Shown piece by piece: positions 9,444-18,245 of a stretch of DNA of 49,546 nt. The first letter of the stretch is position 1, and every line of letters begins with the position of its first letter. The notes under the pieces were generated by a model. That model had not been told where the DNA came from, searched no databases, and saw only the letters and a list, made by a program, of their open reading frames with translations. This DNA comes from a virus. The stretch is from the IMG/VR virus record IMGVR_UViG_3300038438_000005. One strand, 5' to 3'. Both the position numbers and the translations under genes were made by a program.

Positions 9444-9790
9444 ACGTATAGATCTCCGTCTTGCTCAAATCCGAGGTACGTCAAAAACCGCGACGATGTG
9501 GTGATCTCTTCGTCGCGAACTGCGTAGATTGGTCGGCGCTTCTTTGTCATGAGGGCAATCATCATCCTTGACCCAAGGATGATCGACTTCTTGTACCGAT
9601 CTGAACCGGGCTTGAAGTCACTAAAGCAAATGATCTTGCTGCCCAGGTAGTAGAGGCCGGCAACGCCAAGGATCTCGCCGCCCACATCTAGAACGATCGC
9701 CTGCATGGTTGGCTGAATATCCTTGCCATAGAACCCTGCAAGGTCTGCAGGATCCGCCCACCTAACTCTTGTCGTTGGTTTCGATGACAA
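9431..9790 (-). CDS. Hypothetical 119-aa protein (T7 gp13-position) with weak GNAT-like features
   Basis: GC is about 50% by hand count over 9481-9660, against about 60% in flanking genes. The C-terminal FLTYLGFE and the central LGVAGLYY resemble acetyltransferase-fold motifs only loosely. Confidence 0.4.
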   Translation of the reverse strand: MSSKPTTRVRWADPADLAGFYGKDIQPTMQAIVLDVGGEILGVAGLYYLGSKIICFSDFKPGSDRYKKSIILGSRMMIALMTKKRRPIYAVRDEEITTSSRFLTYLGFEQDGDLYVWHS

Positions 9791-12422
9791 AGACGGCCCC
9801 CAGCATGGTTACCGGACGTGGAGCATTCGCCTCAAAGCACAGACGGCTGTCAGTGCTCCACTCACCCGGGAACTCAATGGTTTCGTTATCGTATTCAGAC
9901 CAGACCTTATTGGTTACTTCCTTATAATTCTCGATCATCGGGAGGTCATCCATGAGGCTGAAGCTTTGCCCGTACTTCAGCCCCTGCCTGTGCGTATCAG
10001 CAAGGACGAAGCCCACCTGAGAGATGAGCTTCTTCTGGAGTAACGCCGTACCCAGCCCTGAGGCGTAGGACAGCTTTGAGCTTTTGAACCTGGCCCGGTA
10101 GCCAAGCCCGACCACGGCATTAGAAACCTGGACAGGTAGCGTGATTGTCCCGCCGGCTACCGTGAACGTACCGGCATCGTCGCCGTCTGCCCACACAACG
10201 ACTGAGCGGCCTTCAAGGTGAGCCAGCCCGCTAATAATGGTAGTCGGTACACCCTGGTAAACGATATGGGCGTCTGCGCACTTCGAGATAACACCTCCAC
10301 GGCATTCCGACTCGCGCGCCCACTTCTCGTAGTAACGGACGGTGTTGCCGTTGATCGTGCGGCGAACTACGTAATAAACATCGTCCTCAACGTTCCCTGG
10401 CAATACCTCGACATCCTCGATAACCCCGTCGGTCTCGATAATCACAAAGCAACGGACGTTTTCAAGCTTGTCGTACACCAGAAGCGACACTTTGCCATCT
10501 CCACGCACGCAGTGAACGCGGGTATCTGGCTGGCGCTGAACGGCCAGGTGGTCAATGGACGGGTTACCGATTTCAGGGCAAAGCAACGTCAACTCTGTAC
10601 TGCTGTAGTCGTAAACGTTTCCATCGAAGGAAAGCTCAAACAGTTTCGTCCCACTCTTCTGGACGAACAGGCCAAGGCTATCCACCTTGACCCCGGCAAC
10701 CGCCGCAGAACCCTGGGTAGAGCATTCTTTGATGTTGTAGTTGTCCGGCGTCAATGGCTCATCAAACGAGGATGAGCGCGCGGATATCTCTGCGCCCTGG
10801 CCACCGATGACCAGACGCTGAAGCGGCAGCAGCCAGTTGATGGTATCAACCGGGCCTGAACCGATAGTTCGGTTGATAGGGCCGGAATCACCCTCTGTTT
10901 CGGGATCGAAGTTATCAAAGGCGTCTGATACGGAGCCCCAATTTTTATCTTTACCGGCCCACCACAGGCGCCCCTCATATAGCGCAGTAGAGGTTGGCCA
11001 GCCACGGCGAGTTGACCAGCCACCCTCAGACCAGATGTCTGTGGCAGTGGTGCCGCCAAGGGGCTTCAGAACCTCGGCAGATACAACTGTCTCGCTCGTA
11101 AATGCAGTGACCCGTGCAACTCCGGTGATGCTACCCAGAGTAAAGATAAGCTCGACACCAATGGTTCCGGATACATACTCGCCAGGTTTCACGCCCAGTC
11201 GATAAAAGATGATCTGGTTGTCGAGCATGTCGTTTTGAGCTTCTGTGACCGGGCCGGTTACGGCGTTTATGTCCTCCCAGGCCCCAACAGCGCCAACACT
11301 CCGCTGAAGTCGAACGGTGGCAGAGAACGAGCCAGATACGATCTTTGTGAATATCCGGCTGTTTCCTACCCCAGTAACCCGAATCGGATCACTGAACTGG
11401 TTGTCGCCAGTAATCGTGGCACTTACTCGCTGCCCCACTGACGATATCTTGTAGATCCCACCAACATTCGACGTCCTGAATATTGGGGTCGACGAGGTGA
11501 GCGTAATATTTCCATTAAGACCGCTGGCCGTTATGGTCGTATTTGTGGTGTTCTCAAGCAGGTATGGCCCAGCGCTTGATGTGTAAAGGACTACAGACCA
11601 AGAGTTTCCGGAGCGGCGCTCAATCTTCTGCTGCTGGTATCCCTCGCAGGCAAGGAAAATCACGTCGCCAGACTGGGTTTTACGGATCTTCTTCAGATCC
11701 TCCTCTGCCCAAGGCGCTGCAATTTCAAGCGCTCCAGGCCCTTCAATGTTTACAGAATCAACATATGCGAGGTTCTGTGTACGGCTGGCAATGTTGATGT
11801 AGAACCCGCCGCCCGGTGTAAAGGTCAGCGAGTGCTCGCCGGGAGCCAGGGATACTTCGCGCAAATAGTCATCAGCTCCAGCAGTAGAGCCCACTCTGAA
11901 CAGGATCGGACCGGCCTTTACCACAATCCGGAGCGCGTGCTGCTTGCCAATATCCCCAGCAGATACCGAGACTAACTGTCTACGCATCGCTGCGTTCTTT
12001 CCGGTACCAACCAAGGCAAGGAGACCCGCGGACCATGAAGAGGTTGCACCAGCCTCATCGGCATCCGTCCAGCCGGATAAATCCGTGGTGAAACCACCGT
12101 TCGTGACGGCTGACGAAACAGCCACCCGGGCAACCAAAGCATCATTCACCCTTACCCGCATCACCCCGGCGGTCACTTCGAGCATTGCCATATCCGTGTT
12201 CGAGAAGATGAACGGGATCAGCTTTGCACGCAGGTTGTTCCGGGTTGCTCCCAGATACTGGGTGCCAGGCCGCAGCATCATCGGGCCCAGCATGCGCGGC
12301 ATCCAGTTCGTCTGCTCCTCAGCGGACAGCGCCAGTCGAGCTAGATCCACGCGAGCCAGAGCCAGCTTGGAGATGACTCCGCGGTTGAACGCCTGGAATA
12401 GAACGGATTGCTTTGCCATCAA
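9762..12422 (-). CDS. Large tail/nozzle protein (tail tubular B-like position)
   Basis: 886 aa, directly after a 210-aa adaptor-like gene, as in the T7 gp11-gp12 order. Confidence 0.45.
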   Translation of the reverse strand: MMAKQSVLFQAFNRGVISKLALARVDLARLALSAEEQTNWMPRMLGPMMLRPGTQYLGATRNNLRAKLIPFIFSNTDMAMLEVTAGVMRVRVNDALVARVAVSSAVTNGGFTTDLSGWTDADEAGATSSWSAGLLALVGTGKNAAMRRQLVSVSAGDIGKQHALRIVVKAGPILFRVGSTAGADDYLREVSLAPGEHSLTFTPGGGFYINIASRTQNLAYVDSVNIEGPGALEIAAPWAEEDLKKIRKTQSGDVIFLACEGYQQQKIERRSGNSWSVVLYTSSAGPYLLENTTNTTITASGLNGNITLTSSTPIFRTSNVGGIYKISSVGQRVSATITGDNQFSDPIRVTGVGNSRIFTKIVSGSFSATVRLQRSVGAVGAWEDINAVTGPVTEAQNDMLDNQIIFYRLGVKPGEYVSGTIGVELIFTLGSITGVARVTAFTSETVVSAEVLKPLGGTTATDIWSEGGWSTRRGWPTSTALYEGRLWWAGKDKNWGSVSDAFDNFDPETEGDSGPINRTIGSGPVDTINWLLPLQRLVIGGQGAEISARSSSFDEPLTPDNYNIKECSTQGSAAVAGVKVDSLGLFVQKSGTKLFELSFDGNVYDYSSTELTLLCPEIGNPSIDHLAVQRQPDTRVHCVRGDGKVSLLVYDKLENVRCFVIIETDGVIEDVEVLPGNVEDDVYYVVRRTINGNTVRYYEKWARESECRGGVISKCADAHIVYQGVPTTIISGLAHLEGRSVVVWADGDDAGTFTVAGGTITLPVQVSNAVVGLGYRARFKSSKLSYASGLGTALLQKKLISQVGFVLADTHRQGLKYGQSFSLMDDLPMIENYKEVTNKVWSEYDNETIEFPGEWSTDSRLCFEANAPRPVTMLGAVFVIETNDKS

Positions 12423-13051
12423 CGCCCCCGGTCGCGGCGGTTAACGCCACCAAATTTTGACATGACCCAGGAGCCCATAGGCAGCATCTTGGTTGGCTCG
12501 GCCATCGAATCCTTGGCCATTGCATCCTTATGCCGTTCACTCAGCCGGCGGCGGATCTTCTGCTCGTTGGCTTCAGACTTGTTCAAGGCCGAACACGCCT
12601 CAGACGCAAAATAGGCCGCCACGTACTTCATGAACGTCTGCGGCCAGAGCGACAAGTCGTATCCATAGTTGACGTGGTTCGACACATACTTGACGAAAAG
12701 TGATTCATCGTCAGCAAACCAGAAGCCTGCCTCGTCCGTGTAATGCAGGTTCGGCGTGGTGAAGAACTCGTCAGTGCAGACCGAAGTAACGCGGATCAAG
12801 TCCTCGGGTTTGTTGAATGCGTACCGGTAGCCGAATGGTGGCTCTACCGATGGCGAGAAGGTGATCTCGACCGTGCGCATTGCGAACTGCCACTGACCTT
12901 GCTCTAGGACATAGTCAATGGCCCCGGCATCCCAGATGCTGTCCAGGATGCGGCGCGGCTCGCGGTTCTCAGTCAGTGCGGCAAGCGGACGCTCACCGAG
13001 CAGTGTGAGGGCTTCGTTGTAGATACCCAGGCGAGCCGCAGCGGGAGTCAT
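12419..13051 (-). CDS. Head-tail adaptor / tail tubular A-like protein
   Basis: 210 aa. The call rests on its size and its position between the head genes and the 886-aa gene. Confidence 0.4.
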   Translation of the reverse strand: MTPAAARLGIYNEALTLLGERPLAALTENREPRRILDSIWDAGAIDYVLEQGQWQFAMRTVEITFSPSVEPPFGYRYAFNKPEDLIRVTSVCTDEFFTTPNLHYTDEAGFWFADDESLFVKYVSNHVNYGYDLSLWPQTFMKYVAAYFASEACSALNKSEANEQKIRRRLSERHKDAMAKDSMAEPTKMLPMGSWVMSKFGGVNRRDRGR

Positions 13052-13470
13052 GCCACAACTCGCAGATGGTCATCGAGCCATTTGTTTGCCGAAGCTTTGT
13101 CAGGCGCGCCTTCGTGCAGAACTGCGCCATCCGATTCGCGGATTACGCGGAACTTGGAGTGCGGACCAGACCACTTGATGATGTGACCTTCGACCTTTTC
13201 AGCCGCCGGGCCTTCTTCATTCAGCTCAACCAGGTTGATCAGGCGCACCTTTGCCCAGTTACGGGAGGCCTGCATGACGATCAGCTCAGCGTAGAACGAG
13301 CCATCTTCAGCGCGCACTTCGATCTTGTCCCACGGCTTGAGGCTGGTAGATACGTGGGCCCAGTACGCGGGGGCCAGCAGGTCTTCGGCCTTTGTGCCCT
13401 CTTCCGTGGTGATAGCCCAGGTGTTGCGCACGTAGTCTGCTTGTTTGAAACGGGATTGGTTCAGAGACAT
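13048..13470 (-). CDS. Hypothetical virion-module protein
   Basis: 140 aa, translationally coupled within the late operon. Confidence 0.5.
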   Translation of the reverse strand: MSLNQSRFKQADYVRNTWAITTEEGTKAEDLLAPAYWAHVSTSLKPWDKIEVRAEDGSFYAELIVMQASRNWAKVRLINLVELNEEGPAAEKVEGHIIKWSGPHSKFRVIRESDGAVLHEGAPDKASANKWLDDHLRVVA

Positions 13471-13481
13471 GAAGCCCTCGA

Positions 13482-13784
13482 TTAACCGCCGAGGCGGTCA
13501 GCATCAGTGAGAATTGTGCTTGAACGACCCTGCTGCTGTTGCTGCTGGGCCAGGCGGCGCTTGCGCGCAGATGAAACCTTGTCGTCGTCGGCGGTAGGCA
13601 TGACTGCTGCCTTCTCGGCGACCGGTGCATCAGGCGCAGTTGTGGCACCCATGATGTTTTTGGCGCCTTCCCCGGTAAACGTCGGCAAGCCGGCCTTTTC
13701 AAGGATCACGTCACCGCCGCGCAAGGGGTCAATCTTCTTGATCTTCTTGCCCAGCTTTTCGCCTACTCCAGCGAATCCGGCCAT
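13482..13784 (-). CDS. Small virion-module protein with a C-terminal QQQ...STILTD motif
   Basis: 100 aa. The C-terminus RRLAQQQQQQGRSSTILTDADRLGG parallels the C-terminus of the 63-aa ORF at 18054-18245. Confidence 0.5.
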   Translation of the reverse strand: MAGFAGVGEKLGKKIKKIDPLRGGDVILEKAGLPTFTGEGAKNIMGATTAPDAPVAEKAAVMPTADDDKVSSARKRRLAQQQQQQGRSSTILTDADRLGG

Positions 13785-13801
13785 GTTTAAGCCCTCAAAT
13801 G

Positions 13802-13831
13802 AAAAGAGGCAGACGATCGCTCGCCTGCCTC
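13802..13831 (-). terminator. Intrinsic terminator after the capsid block
   Basis: On the minus strand the sequence reads GAGGCAG-12 nt-CTGCCTC followed by TTTT, just downstream of 13850-14113. Confidence 0.5.
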
Positions 13832-13849
13832 TTTGGTGTTGCCCAGGCG

Positions 13850-14113
13850 TTACGCCAGGATGGCAGCCGCTACAGTTGCGGCGCCGCCGGCAGTGACGAC
13901 CGACACATAGTGAATCGTGGTACCGACAGTCGCGGTGGACTTCGAAACCATGATCACATCGCCGACTTCCATGCCCAGGGCATCGCCATTGCTGAAGTAA
14001 TCAGCGCCGGCCACAGTGGTGTGCACGTCTGTCGAGGTGTAAGCCCAGAGTGCGGTGCCAGTACCCATACGTGGAATCATGAGCTTTGGCGGGTTGGTGG
14101 TTGCATAAGCCAT
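13850..14113 (-). CDS. Small head-associated protein (possible decoration protein)
   Basis: 87 aa, immediately downstream of the major capsid gene. Confidence 0.45.
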   Translation of the reverse strand: MAYATTNPPKLMIPRMGTGTALWAYTSTDVHTTVAGADYFSNGDALGMEVGDVIMVSKSTATVGTTIHYVSVVTAGGAATVAAAILA

Positions 14114-14124
14114 GTCGCTTCTCC

Positions 14125-14955
14125 TTACTGCGCAGCGTAAGCGGCGCCGTCGTGGTTGATGACAACAACGCCACGGTTTTGCAGCAGCTTGGAGCCGAAG
14201 TAACCGGTGGCACGGGCGAAGGAGTAATCCTGCTCCTCGTCAAAGCCAACGGCAGTCGAGAGGCCTGCCAGGTCTGCGGCGTGGCCGATGGCATCCTTGT
14301 GGTACATAAAGCACTTCTCGGCGTTGGTGCCCTTACCAGGAAGGTTCGGATGAACAATCCAGTTAACGCCAGCCCAGCGGAACATAGTCAGGTTGCTTTC
14401 AAACGGCTTGTTGTTCACGTAATCCACCGAAGCAAACTCTTTGGTCTGCATCAGATAGGCCTCAAAGGCCGGAGTGATGAGAGCAGAGATGTTACCGTCA
14501 GCGGGTACTTCGTTGTTGCCCAGGATGGTCTTGGCATACATCGCCAGGGCCAGGGAGCCGGTCTGCGCGGCGCCGGTATCGTTGGTGCCGGTGGACAGCT
14601 CGGTGATGATGTCCTGGTCGATCTTGCGGTTCAGTACGGCCTGAGTCGTCTGCTGCATGATCGCGCGGCCATCGCCTTGGGAAGCGAAGATGTTGAAGCT
14701 GGTACGACGCACCAGGTCATGCCACTCGGCGAGAGTCGCGGTGTACTGGTTGAGGTTGTCGGCACGGGCTGGAATCAGGCCGTTAACGCCGCGAGTCACC
14801 GCAGTAGCCGAACCGGAGTCAGCCACCAGGAATACTGCCTGGTTGCCTTTGATCTGGGCTTCAGTGGTAACGGTGGAACGCACCAGGGATTGACGCTGCT
14901 CAAAGCCAGCGATGAATTCGGTGCGGTACTGCGTTTGGAATGCTGTATCGGCCAT
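14125..14955 (-). CDS. Major capsid protein
   Basis: 276 aa. It has a strong SD (TAGGAGGCCCATCATG), follows the scaffold gene, and is preceded by an AT-rich spacer that may hold an internal promoter. Confidence 0.75.
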   Translation of the reverse strand: MADTAFQTQYRTEFIAGFEQRQSLVRSTVTTEAQIKGNQAVFLVADSGSATAVTRGVNGLIPARADNLNQYTATLAEWHDLVRRTSFNIFASQGDGRAIMQQTTQAVLNRKIDQDIITELSTGTNDTGAAQTGSLALAMYAKTILGNNEVPADGNISALITPAFEAYLMQTKEFASVDYVNNKPFESNLTMFRWAGVNWIVHPNLPGKGTNAEKCFMYHKDAIGHAADLAGLSTAVGFDEEQDYSFARATGYFGSKLLQNRGVVVINHDGAAYAAQ

Positions 14956-15135
14956 GATGGGCCTCCTAAAAAGTGATGTTTAGTCACTCGCTTCGGGGTG
15001 TCCGTCATGGCTTGGATCAGGTTGTCCCGAGGGATCTGAGCCGCGCCCTTCGTGGGGCCTACGTCGAGATAGTGCTTTCGCACTAATAGCAACTAAATAT
15101 GAACATATTTCATGTTGAACTGCAACAGAATGAAT

Positions 15136-16071
15136 TTACTTCATTCGTTCTTTTGCGCCTGCAAGCTGCCGAAAGCGTGCTTGCATGTCTTCAGCCTTCG
15201 GACCTTTCCAGTATTCGGACTTCGGATCGCCCATGAGCTTGGTGATGCTGGCGAGTTCGTCGCTGATCGCCTGGCCGGCATTCGCGCCTGCACCCGGGAC
15301 CACTGCAGCAACTGGGTTGATCTCCCGCGCCAACTGGGTCAGCCAGCGCAGGGTGTCGGGGGAGTTGATGATCCGCGTGCCATCTTCTGTGCGCGCTTCC
15401 ATCAGCATGTCTTTCACGCCGCCTGGTGCACCAGCAAGCAGGCCGCCGATCATGTTCATGTTCCGGCGGAAGTCGTTGCCGAATTCAGCACGCAGGGCGT
15501 CTTCTGACTGGCGCTTGAAGTCCTCGTCAGCCTCGTAGCGATTCGCCTGCATCTCTTCAACAACGTCGTAGTAGGCATCGACACCCGCGCTAACCTGGTC
15601 AGGCGTGGCGTTCTTGCCGTGCATGCTTTCCAGGAACTTGTCGATCAGCGGCTTATCGGTCTCTCCGATGACCCGGCCTTCGGAGAGCTTGAGCTCGTAC
15701 TTGTCGTGCGATTCAGGGATGCCCTGATCGGCGCGGAAGGCAGCCAGCTCGTCAGGCGATGCGTTCGGCCCCAGAGGCTTCTTCAGTTCGCCACGGGAAA
15801 TCTTGTCCTGCGCAGAGATGAGTGCGTCGAAGGCAGCCTTTGGCGATGCATAACGACCAAGGCGCTTGAGCAGCTTGTCATCCTGGCCGGCGTAGCTTTC
15901 GCGCCAGTCATCGGGCCAGATCGACTGTACAGCCGGCGGCTGGTCTGAATCTGGCTGGTCAAGAATGTTGCTTGGCGCCTGCACATTTGGAGCCGGTGCG
16001 GACGGTGCGGCAGCTGGAGCATCTGCATTCGGGATGTCGGCCGGAGCCGCGCCGCTGTCGATGTCAGTCAT
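15136..16071 (-). CDS. Scaffolding protein
   Basis: 311 aa with an Ala/Pro/Asp-rich disordered N-terminus and a helical, charged remainder. It lies between the portal and capsid genes. Confidence 0.7.
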   Translation of the reverse strand: MTDIDSGAAPADIPNADAPAAAPSAPAPNVQAPSNILDQPDSDQPPAVQSIWPDDWRESYAGQDDKLLKRLGRYASPKAAFDALISAQDKISRGELKKPLGPNASPDELAAFRADQGIPESHDKYELKLSEGRVIGETDKPLIDKFLESMHGKNATPDQVSAGVDAYYDVVEEMQANRYEADEDFKRQSEDALRAEFGNDFRRNMNMIGGLLAGAPGGVKDMLMEARTEDGTRIINSPDTLRWLTQLAREINPVAAVVPGAGANAGQAISDELASITKLMGDPKSEYWKGPKAEDMQARFRQLAGAKERMK

Positions 16072-16092
16072 GTTTCACCTTTTCGTAGGTAC

Positions 16093-16116
16093 AAAAAAAC
16101 CCGCTCAATGGCGGGT
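16093..16116 (-). terminator. Intrinsic terminator upstream of the scaffold gene
   Basis: On the minus strand the sequence reads ACCCGC-CATTGA-GCGGGT followed by TTTTTTT. Confidence 0.55.
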
Positions 16117-16133
16117 CGTTGGTTTGTGTTCGG

Positions 16134-16424
16134 TTACTTCTTGGCTCGGGATATCGCAGCTGCGTTGAGCTTGAGCATCTTGATGATCTGCAAGCCGGAG
16201 AATCGGCGCCCCTGGGCAAAGCTTCCGTCGTGGGCGTTTACTGGGCTGTAGGTCGATTCATAGGTCAAGCAGGCTTTGTTGATGATCCAGTCCAGACCGC
16301 GTTTCTGCTGATCCGGGCTTGCCTCTCCACGCTCCATGGCCTGCAACGCAGTTACATCGGCTAGATCCCAGTCACTTACCGGCAGCCAGGCGTGTGGAAA
16401 GTTGCTGTCTTTTCTCTCACTCAT
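16134..16424 (-). CDS. Hypothetical protein downstream of the portal gene
   Basis: 96 aa, overlapping the portal stop by 4 nt. Confidence 0.5.
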   Translation of the reverse strand: MSERKDSNFPHAWLPVSDWDLADVTALQAMERGEASPDQQKRGLDWIINKACLTYESTYSPVNAHDGSFAQGRRFSGLQIIKMLKLNAAAISRAKK

Positions 16425-18049
16425 TGCTGGAGCCCCTGCATAGCCTGGCCGGCTTCAGCGTATTGCTTGGCAATCTCGCCACCTTTGGCGATCTGCTCAA
16501 GCTGCTGCTGGGCCTGGGCCTGTTCTTCTTGGGCGGCGGCGGCTTGAGCCACCTCTTCTTCGCTGTTGATCCACTTGGCCGGGACTCCGATGCCCTCAAG
16601 CGACTCACGTAGAGCTGTCTTGGCGTCGAACATGAGCGGGGCTGTTGGATCAAGGTCAATGACCTGTGCCAGCAAGCCTTTAGCCTGCATAAGCACGGTG
16701 CCTTTCTGCGCCTCGATGGCATCACGCAGTGGGCTTTCAAAGGTGAACTGGATATCAGCCTGGCTGAGGCTTGGCGGAATGTCCTGCATTGGACCAAAGG
16801 CGCCGGCCCGGAACAAGATCTCGAAGGTTTGCTCGCACAGCTCCCCGTTGTAGTCGGTTTCCATCGGCTCAAAGATCGGCAGCGCCTGGCGGATGTACTC
16901 CTGAACGCGCTGGCCAACCTCGTAGGCGGTCATGTTCCCTGTATCCACTGGCATGGACAGCTTATTCAGGAAGAACGCCTCTGCGATCATCGTGCGGGTG
17001 TCCTGCTGCATGTTCAGGCCGAGCGGGATACCCGATCTGTCCATGGTCAGGGGGCGCAATACTTCGCCAAGACGCTCATCGTATTGCGAGTCGACGGCTG
17101 TAATGCCGCCTGCATAGACGCTGATATCGCCACGGATCGCCTCGGTTACGGCCAGCATTGGCGGCGTCACAGCCTTTTCACCAGCTTCAAGCAGCACGCG
17201 AGTCATCGACTGAATCAGGCGCGCATCGGAGATAGCGGCAACGGTGGCCGGCGAATAGGCGTACTGAGAGCCTGAGACCGTCTGCCAGCGTGGAATGGTG
17301 TAGATCTTGGTGTAAGAGCCAACCTCTTCCAGGATGTTCTTGCTGGCTTCCTCGTAGAAAATTGACACATAGGGGGTTCTGTACTTGCCATCACCCCAGC
17401 TATCAGAGGGGACTACAGCGTGGCCAACCTTGATTTCCTCGTAAGGCCCTTTGACTGCGATGTCTTTGACCTTCTGCGAGACCGTGGTCGGGAAAAGACG
17501 AATCAGATCCCGCGCATACGGCGCCCACTTGCGGTAGATCGTATCGACCTTGCCGTCGGCGTTCTCGCACCAGACGACATCGCGTAAGTGCCAGGTGCGG
17601 TACAACAGCGCATCAGCATTTCGGTTCAACTGGGTTGAGATAACGCACTGCCCAAAGGCCGCGAAGTCATGGTCAGCCTCCTTGGTAGCCCGGACAAACA
17701 GGGCGTGGCGGTCGTACATCGCCCGGCGCTGCGTCTCGGTAGCCTGTTCCAACCACTGCTTGCCGGCGTTATCCACCCGATCCATACGGGTGGTGCCGGT
17801 TTTGAACCATTCCTTGCTGGTTGGGCGGAGCATCCCAGAGAAGGCGTTGCCCAGGTCTCGACGCGCAAGAAGCGGATAGCTCGTCATCAGGCCCGAGGCA
17901 AACTCTTCGCCCATGTTTCTGCTGGTCGTGAAGTCCGCGCGCTCAGGGTAGAAGTTGTCGGCGATATCCTGCCACAGCGACAGGAGCGGCTGACGCTTCT
18001 CGAAGAGCTTGCTCGCCTGCTCGCACAGGTCCTTTACGCGGTCTTCCAT
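16421..18049 (-). CDS. Portal (head-tail connector) protein
   Basis: 542 aa, placed after TerL and before the scaffold gene, with an acidic Gln-rich C-terminus. Confidence 0.8.
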   Translation of the reverse strand: MEDRVKDLCEQASKLFEKRQPLLSLWQDIADNFYPERADFTTSRNMGEEFASGLMTSYPLLARRDLGNAFSGMLRPTSKEWFKTGTTRMDRVDNAGKQWLEQATETQRRAMYDRHALFVRATKEADHDFAAFGQCVISTQLNRNADALLYRTWHLRDVVWCENADGKVDTIYRKWAPYARDLIRLFPTTVSQKVKDIAVKGPYEEIKVGHAVVPSDSWGDGKYRTPYVSIFYEEASKNILEEVGSYTKIYTIPRWQTVSGSQYAYSPATVAAISDARLIQSMTRVLLEAGEKAVTPPMLAVTEAIRGDISVYAGGITAVDSQYDERLGEVLRPLTMDRSGIPLGLNMQQDTRTMIAEAFFLNKLSMPVDTGNMTAYEVGQRVQEYIRQALPIFEPMETDYNGELCEQTFEILFRAGAFGPMQDIPPSLSQADIQFTFESPLRDAIEAQKGTVLMQAKGLLAQVIDLDPTAPLMFDAKTALRESLEGIGVPAKWINSEEEVAQAAAAQEEQAQAQQQLEQIAKGGEIAKQYAEAGQAMQGLQQ

Positions 18050-18053
18050 TGGA

Positions 18054-18245
18054 TTACCCCAGGGTATCGCTAGAGTTGTCGTTCAGAATCGTGCTGGCAC
18101 GACTTGCGCTACGGTTCTGCTGCTGGGCTGCCTTCTTGTTCTTCTCGCGCTTGAGAACATCTGGATCAGCTTCTGGAGCTACAGGAGGCGGCGGTGGCGG
18201 CGGTGCAGGCTTGGGTGGTGGCGGGGAAAAGAGCTTACCCATCAT
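18054..18245 (-). CDS. Small Pro-rich protein with a C-terminal QQQ...STILND motif
   Basis: 63 aa, coupled to the TerL stop. It contains PPPPKPAPPPPPPP followed by KKAAQQQNRSASRASTILNDNSSDTLG. Confidence 0.45.
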   Translation of the reverse strand: MMGKLFSPPPPKPAPPPPPPPVAPEADPDVLKREKNKKAAQQQNRSASRASTILNDNSSDTLG

